Positions 37,689 to 50,465 of a stretch of 64,000 bases of DNA are shown here, piece after piece. A model generated the notes under the pieces. It did no database searches, was not told the DNA's origin, and worked only from the letters and a program-made list of their open reading frames with translations. A program made the translations under genes and the position numbers. The DNA lies in NCBI GenBank assembly GCA_965153285.1, contig OZ229110.1. One strand, written 5' to 3'. The stretch comes from Podarcis tiliguerta (taxonomy: Eukaryota). Numbering within the stretch: the stretch's first letter is position 1; the number at the start of each line of letters is the position of its first letter.

Positions 37689-39019
37689 TTCTGAAGGCTC
37701 CAGTGCTGTATAAAATGAAACAAAAGAATGTTCCTATTAATTTTCCAGCAACTTCTTATCTTTTAGATCCATGTAATAAAAATATAAAAGGTAGGTTACT
37801 AATTTTATTTAATTCTCTCAGGGTCTAAATTTTACACATACACCCACAGATATCATTTTGTTTGGCTCCTGCTAAATAAATATATTTTTGAGGCGAGTCA
37901 GTATGCTGCAAAGCAGCTTTAAAAGCATTAATGATTTTATTAAAATATCTCAGGCTGGAAATCTTATCCCCATTACACAGATGTATATTTGAAACAGATT
38001 TCCCAGTGCTCCACTGACGCTGAAAAGCTTGCATCTCAAAATCTATGACCCTCTTTAGAATTGTAGTGACCACCTCATTAAAAAAAAATAGTTTCTGTCC
38101 CTTCATCCAAGTTACTTCTGCTAGCAAGATTAAGGATTGAGGGTTCTGTCAGTTAACAAATGGCAATTTTGATTTTCAGCTCCTGTAAGTTGAGGTAGTG
38201 ATCTGAATACCAGGAAAAATAGGGTTTTATGCATATTTGTCCTTGGTATAAAATGGGATAACTGTAGCAGCAACTCATAATTTATGGAGTGCTACTATCC
38301 TTTATGAGCTAACATGAATAGCTTTTCACCAGTCTGTCTTGTCCTGGAGACCTTGGCATTGTGAGGAATAACAAGCCAGGCAGCATCAGCAGCCAAAAAT
38401 TGAGACCCCCAACATTACCTTCAGGTGGAAATCACACTTCTTCAAAACCAGAGGCATCCAAGTTCGTAAAGAATGGGGTTAGAAAAAATCTCTCTTATAC
38501 TCAACTTGCTGTGATAATTTCCCTAGACACTAGAAAACAGAACTTGATCCACTACCAGCTCCATTTGGATCTCTCTGGCTAGAATATTGGGGTGCAGATC
38601 TAGTTTGCATCCCCACCTAATTGTCAGGGATCAAGCATAAAGATAAGAGGCTCAGAAAACAGAACACAAGCTCAAAGAGTAGCAGTTATTTTGTACTTTG
38701 AAGTCATTCTACAAGTACCAAATATGCTTTGTCCACTTTTCCAGTGGTCCTTTCTTCTAAAGGGAACTCTTAAGATGGTTCTTTCTATATTTCAGATACA
38801 CAAACTAGCCTCTGTACTTCGGAGAAAGTATGGAAAGTTCTTATTTACAATTGGGTGAATCAAACTAAGTCATTGTACATTGTAGTTCTTGGACAGTCTT
38901 AAATAAACCTGGAAACATGGCCTAAACTTAACTATTGATCCAGCAAAATAGAGTTGAGGGTGGGGCAGGGTGCCATTTTGTTCAGTATTGGCCAGGTTAA
39001 AGGAGAACTCTTTCAAACT

Positions 39020-40243
39020 GATCCATGTCTTCTCTACGCACTTAGCAGAATCACAAAAAACTACCTGTCCTCTATGCTGGATATAATGTGTGGGGTCAGG
39101 TACCTTCTACCACATGTGATGGACTTGCCCAGTGGCTGTCACAGCTCAGCCCAGATCAGGAAGGCACATGTCTGACAGTTAACTCTTTATTGGCAAGTGA
39201 AACACTAACAGCACCTTCCACGGTGCTCTGAATACGCATGTCTCACACACACCTCTAGCTTCTAGGCAACTGTCCACAGGTCTTGCCCTATGGCTCAGCT
39301 GCAACAACAGTGGTGCCCCTCCCCTCCTCCAGCTTATATCCCCTCCTCTGATGGGTTGCATGCCTGCAACCTGAGACTTGTCCTGCACAGAAGTTGTCAC
39401 TGCTCTTCCCTTTTTGAGTCTCTCCTGGTTCTAGGAGACAGTGGGGCAGGGAAAGGTAAGGAATCAACTGACCTATCCCTCACTGGATTGTCACTTCATC
39501 CTCTGTCACATCCTCCTTGCCTTCCTCTGCTTTGGCTGCCCTGACTCTCCTTCCCCCAGGTCCTGTTTTGTGGGTGTGTGACACCCCATAAATCACTTGT
39601 TCCCTCTCCTGGGCCTCTGCCACACACTCTTTGGAGCCCTGCTAGTCCCTGCCAGTGGGCCAGGGTTTCTGGGCACTTTAGTTGGCCTAATAACAAGCCA
39701 GCTAGTACCACATAATCCTTTGAAGGTGCTCCTGATCATATTTGATGGAGAAGAATCTGATGTGCATGGAAGGAACCTGTTGACTTCCTTTATTCTGGCA
39801 ACAAGAATTGAAATTGCAGAACACTGGACAATTACAAGCTTGAGCATGATGAATGAGTGGTACAGCTAGGTATGGCCCGTATCCCTAATAGAAAAACTGA
39901 CAAAGCAGACTGGAAAGAGGAAAATAGAAATACTATATAACATTCCATAAGCACTGGTTTAGCTATATTTCATGCTTACCCCAGAGAGAACTCAGCTGGA
40001 GTCCATCCTTAACATAGAGAATATTACAAAAAGATCTGGGATAAAATGTACGCTATATTTATTTTTTAATGATCTTATAACTTATTTGTAGCATAAATGT
40101 CACTTTATTTTTATTCTTCTAGATGATAGGACCAATGAAATATGTAGTTGATACATACATAAATTGTATGGCTGCTCTTTGTTCTATTGTTATTTAATGC
40201 TGTTATAAAAACTCATATAAATAAATTATTTTTTTAAAAAAAA
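39020..40243 (+). mobile_element. L1/Tx1-type LINE 3' fragment, interrupted by a solo LTR
   Basis: Zinc knuckle GTFYHM*WTCPVA rejoins QGFW after the LTR is removed; LLTSFILATRIEIAEHW...EKLT C-terminal motif; A-rich end near 40220-40243. Confidence 0.75.
39137..39654 (-). mobile_element. Solo LTR inserted in the L1 zinc knuckle
   Basis: TGTCA...TGCCA ends; TSD GTGGC (39132-39136) vs GTGGG (39655-39659); antisense AATAAA near 39186. Confidence 0.75.
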
Positions 40244-41499
40244 TTACCTCCTTTCCCTCTCTTCCCCCTGTATGTAACTCACACCTTCAATATATGCTTC
40301 ATAAAGTTGGGGGAACCCCCAAAGCAGAGTTAGTGGATACAGGGGTGCCTGGGGCAGGGAAAAGGATGGTGAATTCTCTTGTGCAAGAGGGAATCATTTT
40401 GCTCACACAATGACTTTGCTGGAAACAACCCATTGTTTGTTTCCCATTGAAGATGTGGTTTCCTACTCTAACTGGTAAGGTCAAAAGCTGATCTTTCTTA
40501 CCTGGAAGGGATGCTATCCTAGATGTAGATTCTAGTTTCTGAATTGGAATGTATAGTACATAAACCCCTCTCCTCCCCCCCCCCAAAAAAAACATTGTTT
40601 AGTTCTCACGGGCAACTTTTGGGCAACTTCTCCTGTTACTGTAATAAGAAAGCTTTCCTTGATAATATGGTGAAATCCAAAAGCCAACTGGGACATCATT
40701 TGACGTGTACAGGTTCTGAATCTTCTCAGCCATTATAAAAACCGTGTGCTTACGAAAGGCTCTGGAACACACATCTCTCCCAGCTTTGCACATTTATTTA
40801 ACTGCTTTATGCCTCAGAAGCTGTGCATTTAAAATAATGACCTAAATCCTACTTTCTCCTGGGGTTCAATTTAGTGGATTGTGTGAACAACTATTCCTTC
40901 TCTGTTTTTTGGCATCCTTTTTAAACATTTAGAACTAACTGTGTCCCCCTTTAGGGCTTCTTTACATGTTACTGCTACCATGTAGAATAATGTAAAGCAG
41001 TCTCCATGTAAGGATTCAAACATTTAAATAGGCTCCATCATCTTTTATCTATACTGAAGCTACTTACTTCATTCAGTTTTGTGGTTTAACTCCTTTGAAT
41101 CTCCTCCATATGTCAATCTCCTTCTTTCTGAACATGGTACTCAGAATGTAGATGTTCACTTTGGTGTCTTATCAGTGCTATCACTAGTTTTAGCGATAGT
41201 GACTCTGCTAATATATCTTAAATCATTTTGCTACCTTGTATTCAGATTATCCTCTCTACATCATTTAGGATGTTCTGTTTAAGAAATAATTCTCCGTTAT
41301 CCAAAACATATACATGTAGTTCTTGTCCACAATGTAGTTCTTTCCCCACCCCCAGTCAAAGCAGCCTCCCACCCTGCCGGGGGGGGGGGGAAGCTTGGTG
41401 GTGCTCTGACAATGTGATCACAAATAAGCACTTCAGAGGTTTGGTTTGGTTTTGCAAAAAGCAAAACTGAGCTTAAAGGAAACACCTTTGGTTAAGTGG

Positions 41500-42000
41500 G
41501 AGGGGTGGCAACATGAGAATGGGTCTTTTCTGTGGTGGCTCCCCACTTGTAGAATGTTCTCCCCAGGGAGGCTTGCCTGGCGTCTTCACTATATATCTGT
41601 AGGCACCCAGCAAAATCCTTTCTCTGTAACCAGGATGATTAAAGGTTCTGTGGCTTTTAAAATGTGTTTGTGTGAGGGGGATTATTGGCTTTTTAAAATG
41701 TACAGTGGTACCTCGGGTTACATACGCTTCAGGTTACAGACTCTGCTAACCCAGAAATAGTGCTTCGGGTTAAGAACTTTGCTTCAGGATGAGAACAGAA
41801 ATTGTACTCCGGCAGCGCGGCGGCAGCAGGAGGCCCCATTAGCTAAAGTGGTGCTTCAGATTAAGAACAGTTTCAGGTTAAGAACGGACCTCTGGAACGA
41901 ATTAAGTATTTAACCCGAGGTACCACTATATTTAGTTTTCTCATTTTGCATTTTTATATTGAACTGCCCTGTGATCTTTGGATGAAGGACGGTATAATAA
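41500..42000 (+). mobile_element. L2 LINE 3' end interrupted by a MITE
   Basis: ttctgtggtggctcccc..tgtagaatg.tctcccc L2 motif; tail resumes after 41930. Confidence 0.65.
41703..41928 (+). mobile_element. Tigger-like MITE
   Basis: TIRs present; TA TSD. Confidence 0.94.
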
Positions 42001-42005
42001 CAAAC

Positions 42006-42040
42006 TATCTATCATCTATCTCTATCTATATCTATCTATC

Positions 42041-42075
<35 letters not shown>

Positions 42076-42090
42076 ATCATCTATCTATCA
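42006..42090. repeat. (TATC)n microsatellite, imperfect
   Basis: Direct reading. Confidence 0.95.
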
Positions 42091-42507
42091 TTCACGTTCT
42101 CCACTAGGAAACATTTTATTTCCTGCACCAAGACAGTATTTCTAAGTTGAATATGATTTATATTTGAATATGCTACCCAAAGGTTGGTGTGATGTTAAAT
42201 GCAGATGAAAAAATCCGGCAAAAAACTTATAAAATTACCTTTAATGAAAGTACCTTTAATCTTCACTTATAAATTCCAGTCATAGGGAGAAACTGCAAAT
42301 GAGATAGGAGACTCGTATACCTGAATGCAAGTAGAGGGGCTGTGGGAGATTTTGCCTTTCCTACAGTGACTTGCTTGGATCTTGTACACTGATTGCCAGG
42401 TAATTTTGGCATGGTGCCCCTCACTACTTTACTTTGACTGTGGCTCACTGCTGTACCTGGATTACAAGTTCCTAAGTAAGTTCCTATACTTAGAAGGGCT
42501 TTAGGAA

Positions 42508-42650
42508 CACAGGAAGCTGTCTTCTACCAAGTCAGATCATTGGTTCATTTAGCTCTGTATGGACTACACTGAATTGGCAGTAGCTCTCCAGGGTATCAGC
42601 GCTTCCTGGAGACTTTCTACATCCCAAGTATGTACTATATCAGCACTGAG
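42508..42650 (-). mobile_element. Degenerate tRNA-derived SINE
   Basis: Same family as 4645-4762. Confidence 0.6.
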
Positions 42651-44131
42651 CCAGTATCTCTATAATCCTGAATGATGCTTTTATGAGGGGAAATGCTCTC
42701 TTTCTATCTATCTCTGCTGTAGTGCCTAAAAACGCTGGGCAAACTAAAAATAAATAAATAGGTCTTCTTATTTTCAGTAACATATTTTAAAACCTCTGAG
42801 GTGTTTACTTCTTTAGAAACATAGTTAAAATAACAGTTGTATACCCATAAGGAAGCAATGCATCTAATATGGTGCTCAGTTTCATTATTCTTAAGAAAAG
42901 ATCAGAATTGCACCCCAGTTTGGACTGCATGGGGAAGAACAGTGACTAATATTTCATTGTTCGGCTAGCCCAGTATTTCTTTAAACTGTGTGGGAAGCAC
43001 CTGTCCCCGGAGGCTGTTAGCTTCACCTAATGTGCATGACATGCCTAGGTCTTCACTTCCTTATTGGGAATGGCAGAGTGACAGCAAGAGAGAGAATTTC
43101 AGATCTGCAGGACTTGTGTGTCTGCAGAATTTGTGTGTGACAAAATGCTACCCGCTTGCTTACCAAAAGAAAAAAATATATGTGGCTATTACTTTGTTCT
43201 GTTACTTTAGTATGTACTGTTACCATCTATGAAGTAACCTAAATATGTAAATTACATTATAAGGAGAGACGGTTTTAGTTTACTCACTTTTATTTCTTAA
43301 AGTCAATCAGCCACTTGAGGGGATCTTCCTTTATGATTCTCCATGTCAAACTGCCTTTGCCTAATTATGACGAAAACTTATGTAAATGTATATAATTCCA
43401 AGACTACAGCATATAACTGCTTGGCTGTATTTTATATGTTTTAGAGACCCTGGCAATGTGTGCATAGTTTTGTATATTTGGTTGTGATTTGGTTTGGATA
43501 GACTCCACTCCACTGAAAATGTCTAATCTCTCAAGCTCAAAAAAGACAGAGGGAAGAAAGTGAATCCCATTATGTTCAAGACAGGGCCAAATCAAACATG
43601 CACTCACATTTCATGGAACTTTGATATGGCTTGGTGAATTGGTAGGGTGTAGAGTTTGACTAAGGCAGCCCTGTCACAGCACTGACGTTGGAAAGTTCAG
43701 GGTTGGAAAGAAGTGCCCCCATTGCCCTTGTTCATACCCAATGCTAAACCAAAACAGGTCTTATTGCAAACAACGAAACGTGCAAGTCATGGTTTGGCTT
43801 AGCATGTCAACCACAAGTAGGACGAACCTAAACAAATAAATGAAATATCACCCTAACCTCCCCACAAACAAGTGAGAAGGACACATTAAAATCTGTGGCA
43901 AAACCAAGCTGGGAGTTCTGCTAGGACAATCCTGTGCTAGGGCTTGCTTTTAAAATATGGTTTGGGGAGGGAAAGAAGGAGCAGTGTGTGGGGTATCCCC
44001 ACATGCTCAGGCATGCCAGGAGGGAGGAAGAGATCTGTATGTTGTCTATCTGCATGTGAGAGAAAACAATGTATGTATTGTGAGGGGAGAGGAGAGTTGC
44101 ACTTGGACAGAGAAGGAGATATCTATGTGTG

Positions 44132-44178
44132 ATCCATGGTGTCACAAAGAGTCGGACACGCCTAAACGACTAAACAAA
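44132..44178 (+). mobile_element. BovB 3' tip only (47 bp)
   Basis: tccatggtgtcacaaagagtcggacacgcctaaacgactaaac; 7-bp TSD ATGTGTG at 44125-44131 and 44179-44185. Confidence 0.88.
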
Positions 44179-44194
44179 ATGTGTGGTGTATATG

Positions 44195-44290
44195 TCCTGT
44201 TTGCAGGCTTCCCAAAGGCATCTATTTGGCCACGGTGAGAACAGGATGCTGGACTAGACGGACCACTGGCTTGATTCTTAGGTTCTTAGG
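44195..44290 (+). mobile_element. CR1-type 3' tail fragment
   Basis: aacaggatgctggactagacggacc..tgattcttaggttctta. Confidence 0.6.
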
Positions 44291-44901
44291 TGTTTTGTAT
44301 GAGAGAGAGAGAGAGAGAGAAAAAGGGGGAGGTATGTATAAATATGGTAGGGGGGAGGGAGGGATACATAAATGTGTGACTGTATGTATTTGAGGTAAAT
44401 GAGAGAGACAGGGAGATGCATGTGTGTCTGTATATGTATTGTGAGTGTTTGCATGGGTTCTTTGCATGTGAAAGACAGCATGGGGATGGCCCTATTATAT
44501 ACTTTCCCTGATACCCTGCTGTTATTAGATAACAAAACTATCATTATAAGTATATGGGAAAATCATTTTGGTGTGATTGCTACAAACAGGACCAGCAGGA
44601 CATAGTGTTGACTTTCCTTGATAAGCCTGAGGAAGAGCAAGTGCAAGCACCAATGATTCTGCTCTTTCTAATTTTGTGCTAGGCCACACCCCAACAGCAG
44701 ACATTTTTTTTTGTTATGCAACACACCCCACAGCAGCCATTTTGTGACAGGGACTGGCACCAGTCTTAATTTTTAAAGTCTTTGAAACTCAAATTAATAA
44801 ACATCATTTATAAAATGTTAAACAATTCCATTTTTATTGTGTTTTTATTTTTATTATCAACTTTATAATTAAAAGGTCATCATAAACTCAACAGAGAATG
44901 A

Positions 44902-45232
44902 CAGACCCTCCAAGTGTCCTTATTTTCCAAGGACATCCCTGATTTAGAGAAGTCATCCCAGTTTCTGATTTGATCCTGGAATGTCCCACTTTTTCTTAGG
45001 ATGTCTCTATTTTCATTGGATGCATGTTGGAGGGTATAGAGTTATCCAATCCCTGACCTGTCTGAAGACAATCTGGTATAGGGAGGTTTTTTCATGTTTC
45101 ATGTTTTATTATGTTTTATTATATGCTGAAAGCTGCCCAGAGTGGCTAGGGCAACCCAGTAAGATGTCTGTAACTATTACCATTATGGAATGGGACGTCC
45201 CTATTTTCATCAGATAAATGTTGGAGGGTGTG
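44902..45232. mobile_element. MITE with CA.ACCCTCCAA ends carrying an internal L2-tail-like segment
   Basis: cagaccctccaa / ttggagggtgtg inverted ends; the right-end motif also occurs internally near 45026; gctgcccagagtggctagggcaacccag resembles the L2 tail at 63760. Confidence 0.6.
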
Positions 45233-45358
45233 AAATGAAGGAGAGGGCACAGGAATATGGAGAGCAGGGTAGGAGAAACATTTTACAAGTTCTCAAGATG
45301 TAAGTACCATCACCAATTTTTTTACAATTTTTTTTTTTGCTGAGTATTAGTAGTGCTA

Positions 45359-45724
45359 GGGACGCGGGTGGCGCTGTGGGTGAAACCTCAGCGCCTAGGA
45401 CTTACCGATCGCATGGTCGGCGGTTCGAATCCCCGCGACGGGGTGAGCTCCTGTCGTTCGGTCCCAGCGCCTGCCAACCTAGCAGTTCGAAAGCACCCCC
45501 GGGTGCAAGTAGATAAATAGGGACCGCTTACCAGCGGGAAGGTAAACGGCGTTCCGTGTGCTGCGCTGGCTCGCCAGATGCAGCTTGTCACACTGGCCCC
45601 GTGACCCGGAAGTGTCTACGGACAGCGCTGGCTCCCGGCCTATAGAGTGAGATGAGCGTACAACCCTAGAGTCTGGCAAGACTGGCCCGTACGGGCAGGG
45701 GTACCTTTACCTTTTACCTTTACC
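45359..45724 (+). mobile_element. Sauria SINE, full length
   Basis: A and B boxes, ACCTTT(T) tail; 14-bp TSD TATTAGTAGTGCTA at 45345-45358 and 45725-45738. Confidence 0.97.
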
Positions 45725-46307
45725 TATTAGTAGTGCTACACATTGCTGCTAAAACATAGTCCACAGAGGAAATACCTGTGCAGTGGAGATACAGTCTGTT
45801 GTAGCAGCTTTTTAAAAAATCTTAACAGAGGTCTGGTATAGTGCTGGTAAGAGGGGCAGGATTCAAAGAACTGAAGAGAGGAAGGGGGCAGGTCCTGCTT
45901 TGATAATGGTAGCCTATTTCTACCAAAGATAAATAATGCAAATGGGCCACAATATTCTTGAAGAAAATGTATGAGAGAAACACTATTTGTCCTTGTCAGT
46001 AATAGTATGCAAATCTGCTATTTCCCCCCCTACCTGTTTATTAGAAGCATGCTGATTTGGGCTGGTGTTCACCAAGGTAATTATTACGTAGAATATCATG
46101 CTCAGATTACATATTGCACTTCATTTTATTTCATTATGAGATTTAAGACAATGTAATTGTTACTTGATAGAAGACAGAAAAGGTCAGCTTTAATTTTAAG
46201 TTTTAAAAAAGCTCCATTCCTTTAACTCTTTTGTATCTTGTTTGTTGAATTCCATCTACAAACCACAACTCCTTTAGAAAATGGGAAGAAAAAAATAGTA
46301 TTTTAGA

Positions 46308-46462
46308 AACATAGAAACCTGCCTTCTACTTTGGTATTGTCTACACTGACTGGAAGCAGCCCTCCAGGGCTTCAGCAAAGGTTTCTCCCAGTACTACCCT
46401 CTGGGGACTGAACATGCTGAGACCTTCTGCATGCAAAGCTTGTACTGAAACACAGGCCTTCC
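46308..46462 (-). mobile_element. Degenerate tRNA-derived SINE
   Basis: Same family as 4645-4762. Confidence 0.6.
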
Positions 46463-46815
46463 CTTGTTTGAATGTTTTGACAAAAGGAGGGGGGGGGGGA
46501 ATGTCTTCACTAAGGCATTATACACTGAGATTCCCTTTGAAGCATCATGGCAATTGAACCCAAGTGTGGAAGGGTGTTTGTTTCATGCCGCCGAGTTGGC
46601 AGAAAGGACAAAGAAGCTGCTCAGGGGCTACAACGGAAGCTGGAGGTGCTGAAGAAAGGGCCAAGTGACACAATACACAAGCCCCCACCTTGTGTCACCT
46701 GTTTCTGTGTTGTAGCTCTGAACAACTTGCCCCAAACTCTAGCTGCCCATGCACAAGACTGCATTGTGACATCCTCTTGTTTCTTGAACCGCTACCTGTT
46801 TTCCTACCTACACTC

Positions 46816-46974
46816 ATCATGGCGCAATGGGTCAGTGTGTCTGGCTGTTAACCAGAAGGTTGGTGGTTTGAGTCCACCCAGGGATGGCTGTGGGCTGGAT
46901 TCTTGCATTTCAGGGGGGTTAGACAAGATGACGCTCAGGGTCCCTTCCAAGTCTACAATCCTGTGTTTCTGTGC
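46816..46974 (+). mobile_element. tRNA-headed SINE with CR1-like 3' end
   Basis: tggcgcaatgg A box, ggctgttaacc anticodon-like arm, ggtttgagtcc B box, then gggtcccttccaagtctacaatcctgtg. Confidence 0.75.
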
Positions 46975-49411
46975 CAAACTGCCTTTCCTCTGAAACTTTC
47001 CCTACCTGACACAGTTGTCCAGGCTGTCTGTTGTTTAATTGTTCTTCAGCTTGAAGATAACATAAATTGCCACCCTGTTTCTTTCCTTTCAGTTTTCAGT
47101 CAGGGTCAGTTCCATCATTTCTACTACTTAAGAGAGGACAGTTGTATTTTGGGCATTGGGTGGCTGTGGGCCCTTTTCCCACTTCTAACTGAACCCTTAG
47201 CAAGTGGGAGGGAGGACTACTAAGCTTTGTGGGTAAGGGTTTGTAAGATTAGAAAATTCAGGAGAAATGCATTTTCACAGCTATGGAGTTATATGTCCCA
47301 TGAAGCAATATTGAGAAGACCACAATATTTCTGTTGTCCCTTCCATATCATTTGTAAGTTGTTCTCCGATATATAACATCATTTTCCAGGGACAGTGCCT
47401 GGCCAAGAGCAACCCACAGTTGAGGCTGCAGCATCTCAGAATATATACATTCCAGTCCGTGAGTGATTAACCTCCTTCCCAATGACTGAAGGGTAATTGC
47501 TCACTTCATGCAACAATATTGTAAAATAAAAATATGTTATTAGATCGGAAGGGTGGCCTGCAATCTATACTGGGTCCTTCTGTGATTTCCACACTTCCTG
47601 GATGGACAAATTGCTTCTGATTTTTGTAGAATTCTTTAATGCGATTGAGTCGTCTGCCTTTTGCTAACATGCTTTGTGGCCCAGCTGTGACATATACATT
47701 ATGGGCAGGCCATAGTAAGCCAACACCTTAGTTTCCATTACATTAAAAATACAGCTAAAAGCAGAAATAAATGTACTCTGTAGCCAGATATAGCTCTAAT
47801 TGTCATGATTTGAAATATTGCAATCCTTCAGGATCTTAGTAAATTTATCCTTACAGATTTCTTTGCTTTTCTGATAAAGTTATAATTATTCAGCAGGGAC
47901 TTATATTTAAGTATAATAATTTCTACTCATGAGCTAGCAGCCCTTAATGCTCGTGAAAGTTTAGGGCAGTTTCATAGTGAACACCATTTGTGACCCCATT
48001 TTTACATAATTGCGTAGATTGCCACAAACAATTCAGCGGAAATAGAAATAAGGCACTCCTATGCAAACTGTCCTGAGAGCAAGACCCACTGAACGCAGTG
48101 GGACTTACTGTTAAGTACATGCATGGGATTGTACTATAATTAGAATGCCCCCCTCCCAATTTACTTACGAAGTTCAACAGCATACAATAAGCACTGAGAT
48201 TTGTCCATATTGCGTCAGAAGTGGTAAAATGTTGGGTAATATTTATTTATTTAAAATCAAATATATATCCCACTTTACTGCACCAGGGAGATCAGCAGTC
48301 AGTAAAACATTGCAAAATATAAACAAGGGATAGAAAACAGTCAAAATCACAGCAGTCCAGATAACTTCAGATGAAACTATATAGCTAGTGTTTCCTTTGC
48401 TTCTTTATAATCACAGAGAGTCATAGCATACCTATTGATTATGGGGTTAAAAAGTATGTCACTTTGTTTTTAGCCTTGCCTTGTCCTTTGCACGCATGCT
48501 TGAAAAAGAGAGATTTGACAGCTATCTGGGGCACAAGGAGTTCTATTTTACTTCTTCGTGAGACATCTGGGGGGGAAAGCAATTATGTTAGGGCTGTCTG
48601 AAATAAAAAAAGAAATAAAATAACATTAAGTAGAATTAAATGTGATGCAGCTTTTCAAAAGAAATGCCTCTCAACCGCACTTCCACGAATCGCTGTTTCC
48701 ACCTAGTGGCTGCAAACGAGAAATGTTGGGTTTCAATTACAGATGCTATTTGAAAACACAGGCAGAAACCGAAAGAGAAGAGAATACGCCACTAAGGGCA
48801 GATTTCATTTTAGGCACTTATACAGTCATTATATTGTTACCTATGCCAATGCAGCTCACAGATTGTCAGCTTTTCATTTATAAAACACAGTTTTCAGGGG
48901 GCTTGAACTCAGTTATTAAAACTCATACTGCGTTGAAGCCTGGCAGCTTAATCGCTCTTTCAGGAAAAGCCGTGTGGTGCGCGCTGCAAATGTTCGTCAA
49001 CAATAGTGCCCAAGACCTAGCAGAATTCCCACAAGTCTCCTGATGTGCAACTGGATCCCCAAGAGTCTTTTGTTCAACAGGATGGCAGTGACCCCCCCTC
49101 CCTTCCCACAGTTCTATAAGCAAAGAAAATAGTTGTCTTTATCTTTAAAATAAAAGGAACTAAATCACCAAGAGTTTTCTAGCTAGGCAGTGTGCTTTGC
49201 ACTGACATCTGCCATGGGTGGGGGGTGGAAGAGAGGAGACCCAGCACTTGAAAATCAAGATGCTATATACTGAGCCTCTGCTTTGCGTAGGTGCTTTTAT
49301 TTCTGTGTCACTATAAAGCACAGGCAAGGTTATTCCCTGTAGTTTCCTCCCACCACACCTCTTTATTAAGAGACAGGCAGAGAAGAGGAGAGGGCTGCAT
49401 TGTTGGGTATG

Positions 49412-49413
<2 letters not shown>

Positions 49414-49447
<34 letters not shown>
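49414..49447. repeat. (TG)n microsatellite
   Basis: Direct reading. Confidence 0.95.
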
Positions 49448-49449
<2 letters not shown>

Positions 49450-49823
49450 CAACGCCCTTCTTTTTGGGAGGGCAGAGGGGAAATTAGTCCTTTGGGGATT
49501 AATTGAAGAGGAGTTAATTGGAGTGTGATCTGAGAGGTAATGAATTGATGGTAAACTAATTCAAGGAGAATCAATTTGCAATGCTCTGGCTTGGAAATTA
49601 AATTGTTTTGTTTGTGAAATGTGCATTGCATTACAGCAGCGAATCCAATACCAAAAGAGTGGTTGGGTCTCATACCCCACCTCTGCCTTGTATTCAGTCT
49701 GTGGCTTAGGGCAAGTCACTTGTCTCCATGCGATGGTGGCCAGTGATATGCCTCAAGGAAGCTGATAAGGACATGAAAGCAACAGCATTCCTCTCATTTG
49801 GCAGAGAGAGAGGAGGAGGAATG

Positions 49824-49827
<4 letters not shown>

Positions 49828-49862
<35 letters not shown>

Positions 49863-49867
49863 GTGTG
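49828..49867. repeat. (TG)n microsatellite
   Basis: Direct reading. Confidence 0.95.
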
Positions 49868-50422
49868 TAGCTGCTTAATCAAGAGAAATGAGAAATGGCA
49901 CTAAGTATGGTCATATCTCACACTTTGCTGCCATGCTTCCCATCTCTAAAATCAGTACATTTTCAGGAATCCTTCTACCTGCTTCATTCCTTGATCATAT
50001 AATTCAAACAAGACAACTTCAAGCAATGGGCTGTGAAGGTGGCTTTTTTAAAAAAAAACCAACCCTGTTTTATTTATTTATTTGTATAACAAACTAGGAT
50101 TTTGGGGAAGGGAAACTGAATGCTGATAATAGGTATGCCTTCCAGCAGCATAGAGAAATAACAGGAGGAACAGGGAGCAAAGGAACCCAAGACTTCCTTC
50201 ACTTTCATTCCAGCTCATTCATAGTTATGGACCAAATGGAGCTGGACTGGGATTTCATGTATCCTGCCTTTCAAAAGAAGCAACTAGCAATAAAATCCAA
50301 ATCCATTGTAAAAGACTAAAATAGAAAAACAATCAAATCAGTATCTATTAAATTAACTAAGCAGGAGTAATGAAGATGAAAGCCAGCAGAGGGAGGGAAA
50401 AAACCAACCAACAGAGCAGCCG

Positions 50423-50465
50423 TGCATATATATATATATATGCATATATATATATATATATATAT
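50423..50465. repeat. (TA)n microsatellite interrupted by GC
   Basis: Direct reading. Confidence 0.95.

Noticed and set aside
38796-38870. Peptide VWKVLIY resembling the SCFD1/Sly1 N-terminus, and a possible 32-nt exon IHKLASVLRRK
   Set aside because: Similarity is limited to seven residues, the flanks disagree, and no other SCFD1 exons were seen. The micro-exon has a weak donor and no independent support.
39115-39583. Alternative LTR boundaries with TSD ccaca/cccca
   Set aside because: 39115-39136 encodes the L1 knuckle (M*WTCPV), so boundaries 39137-39654 fit better.
46816-46885. tRNA-like sequence
   Set aside because: It is degenerate and fused to a CR1-like tail, so it is a SINE head rather than a tRNA gene. 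The same applies to the A/B boxes in the Sauria and Squam3-like SINEs.
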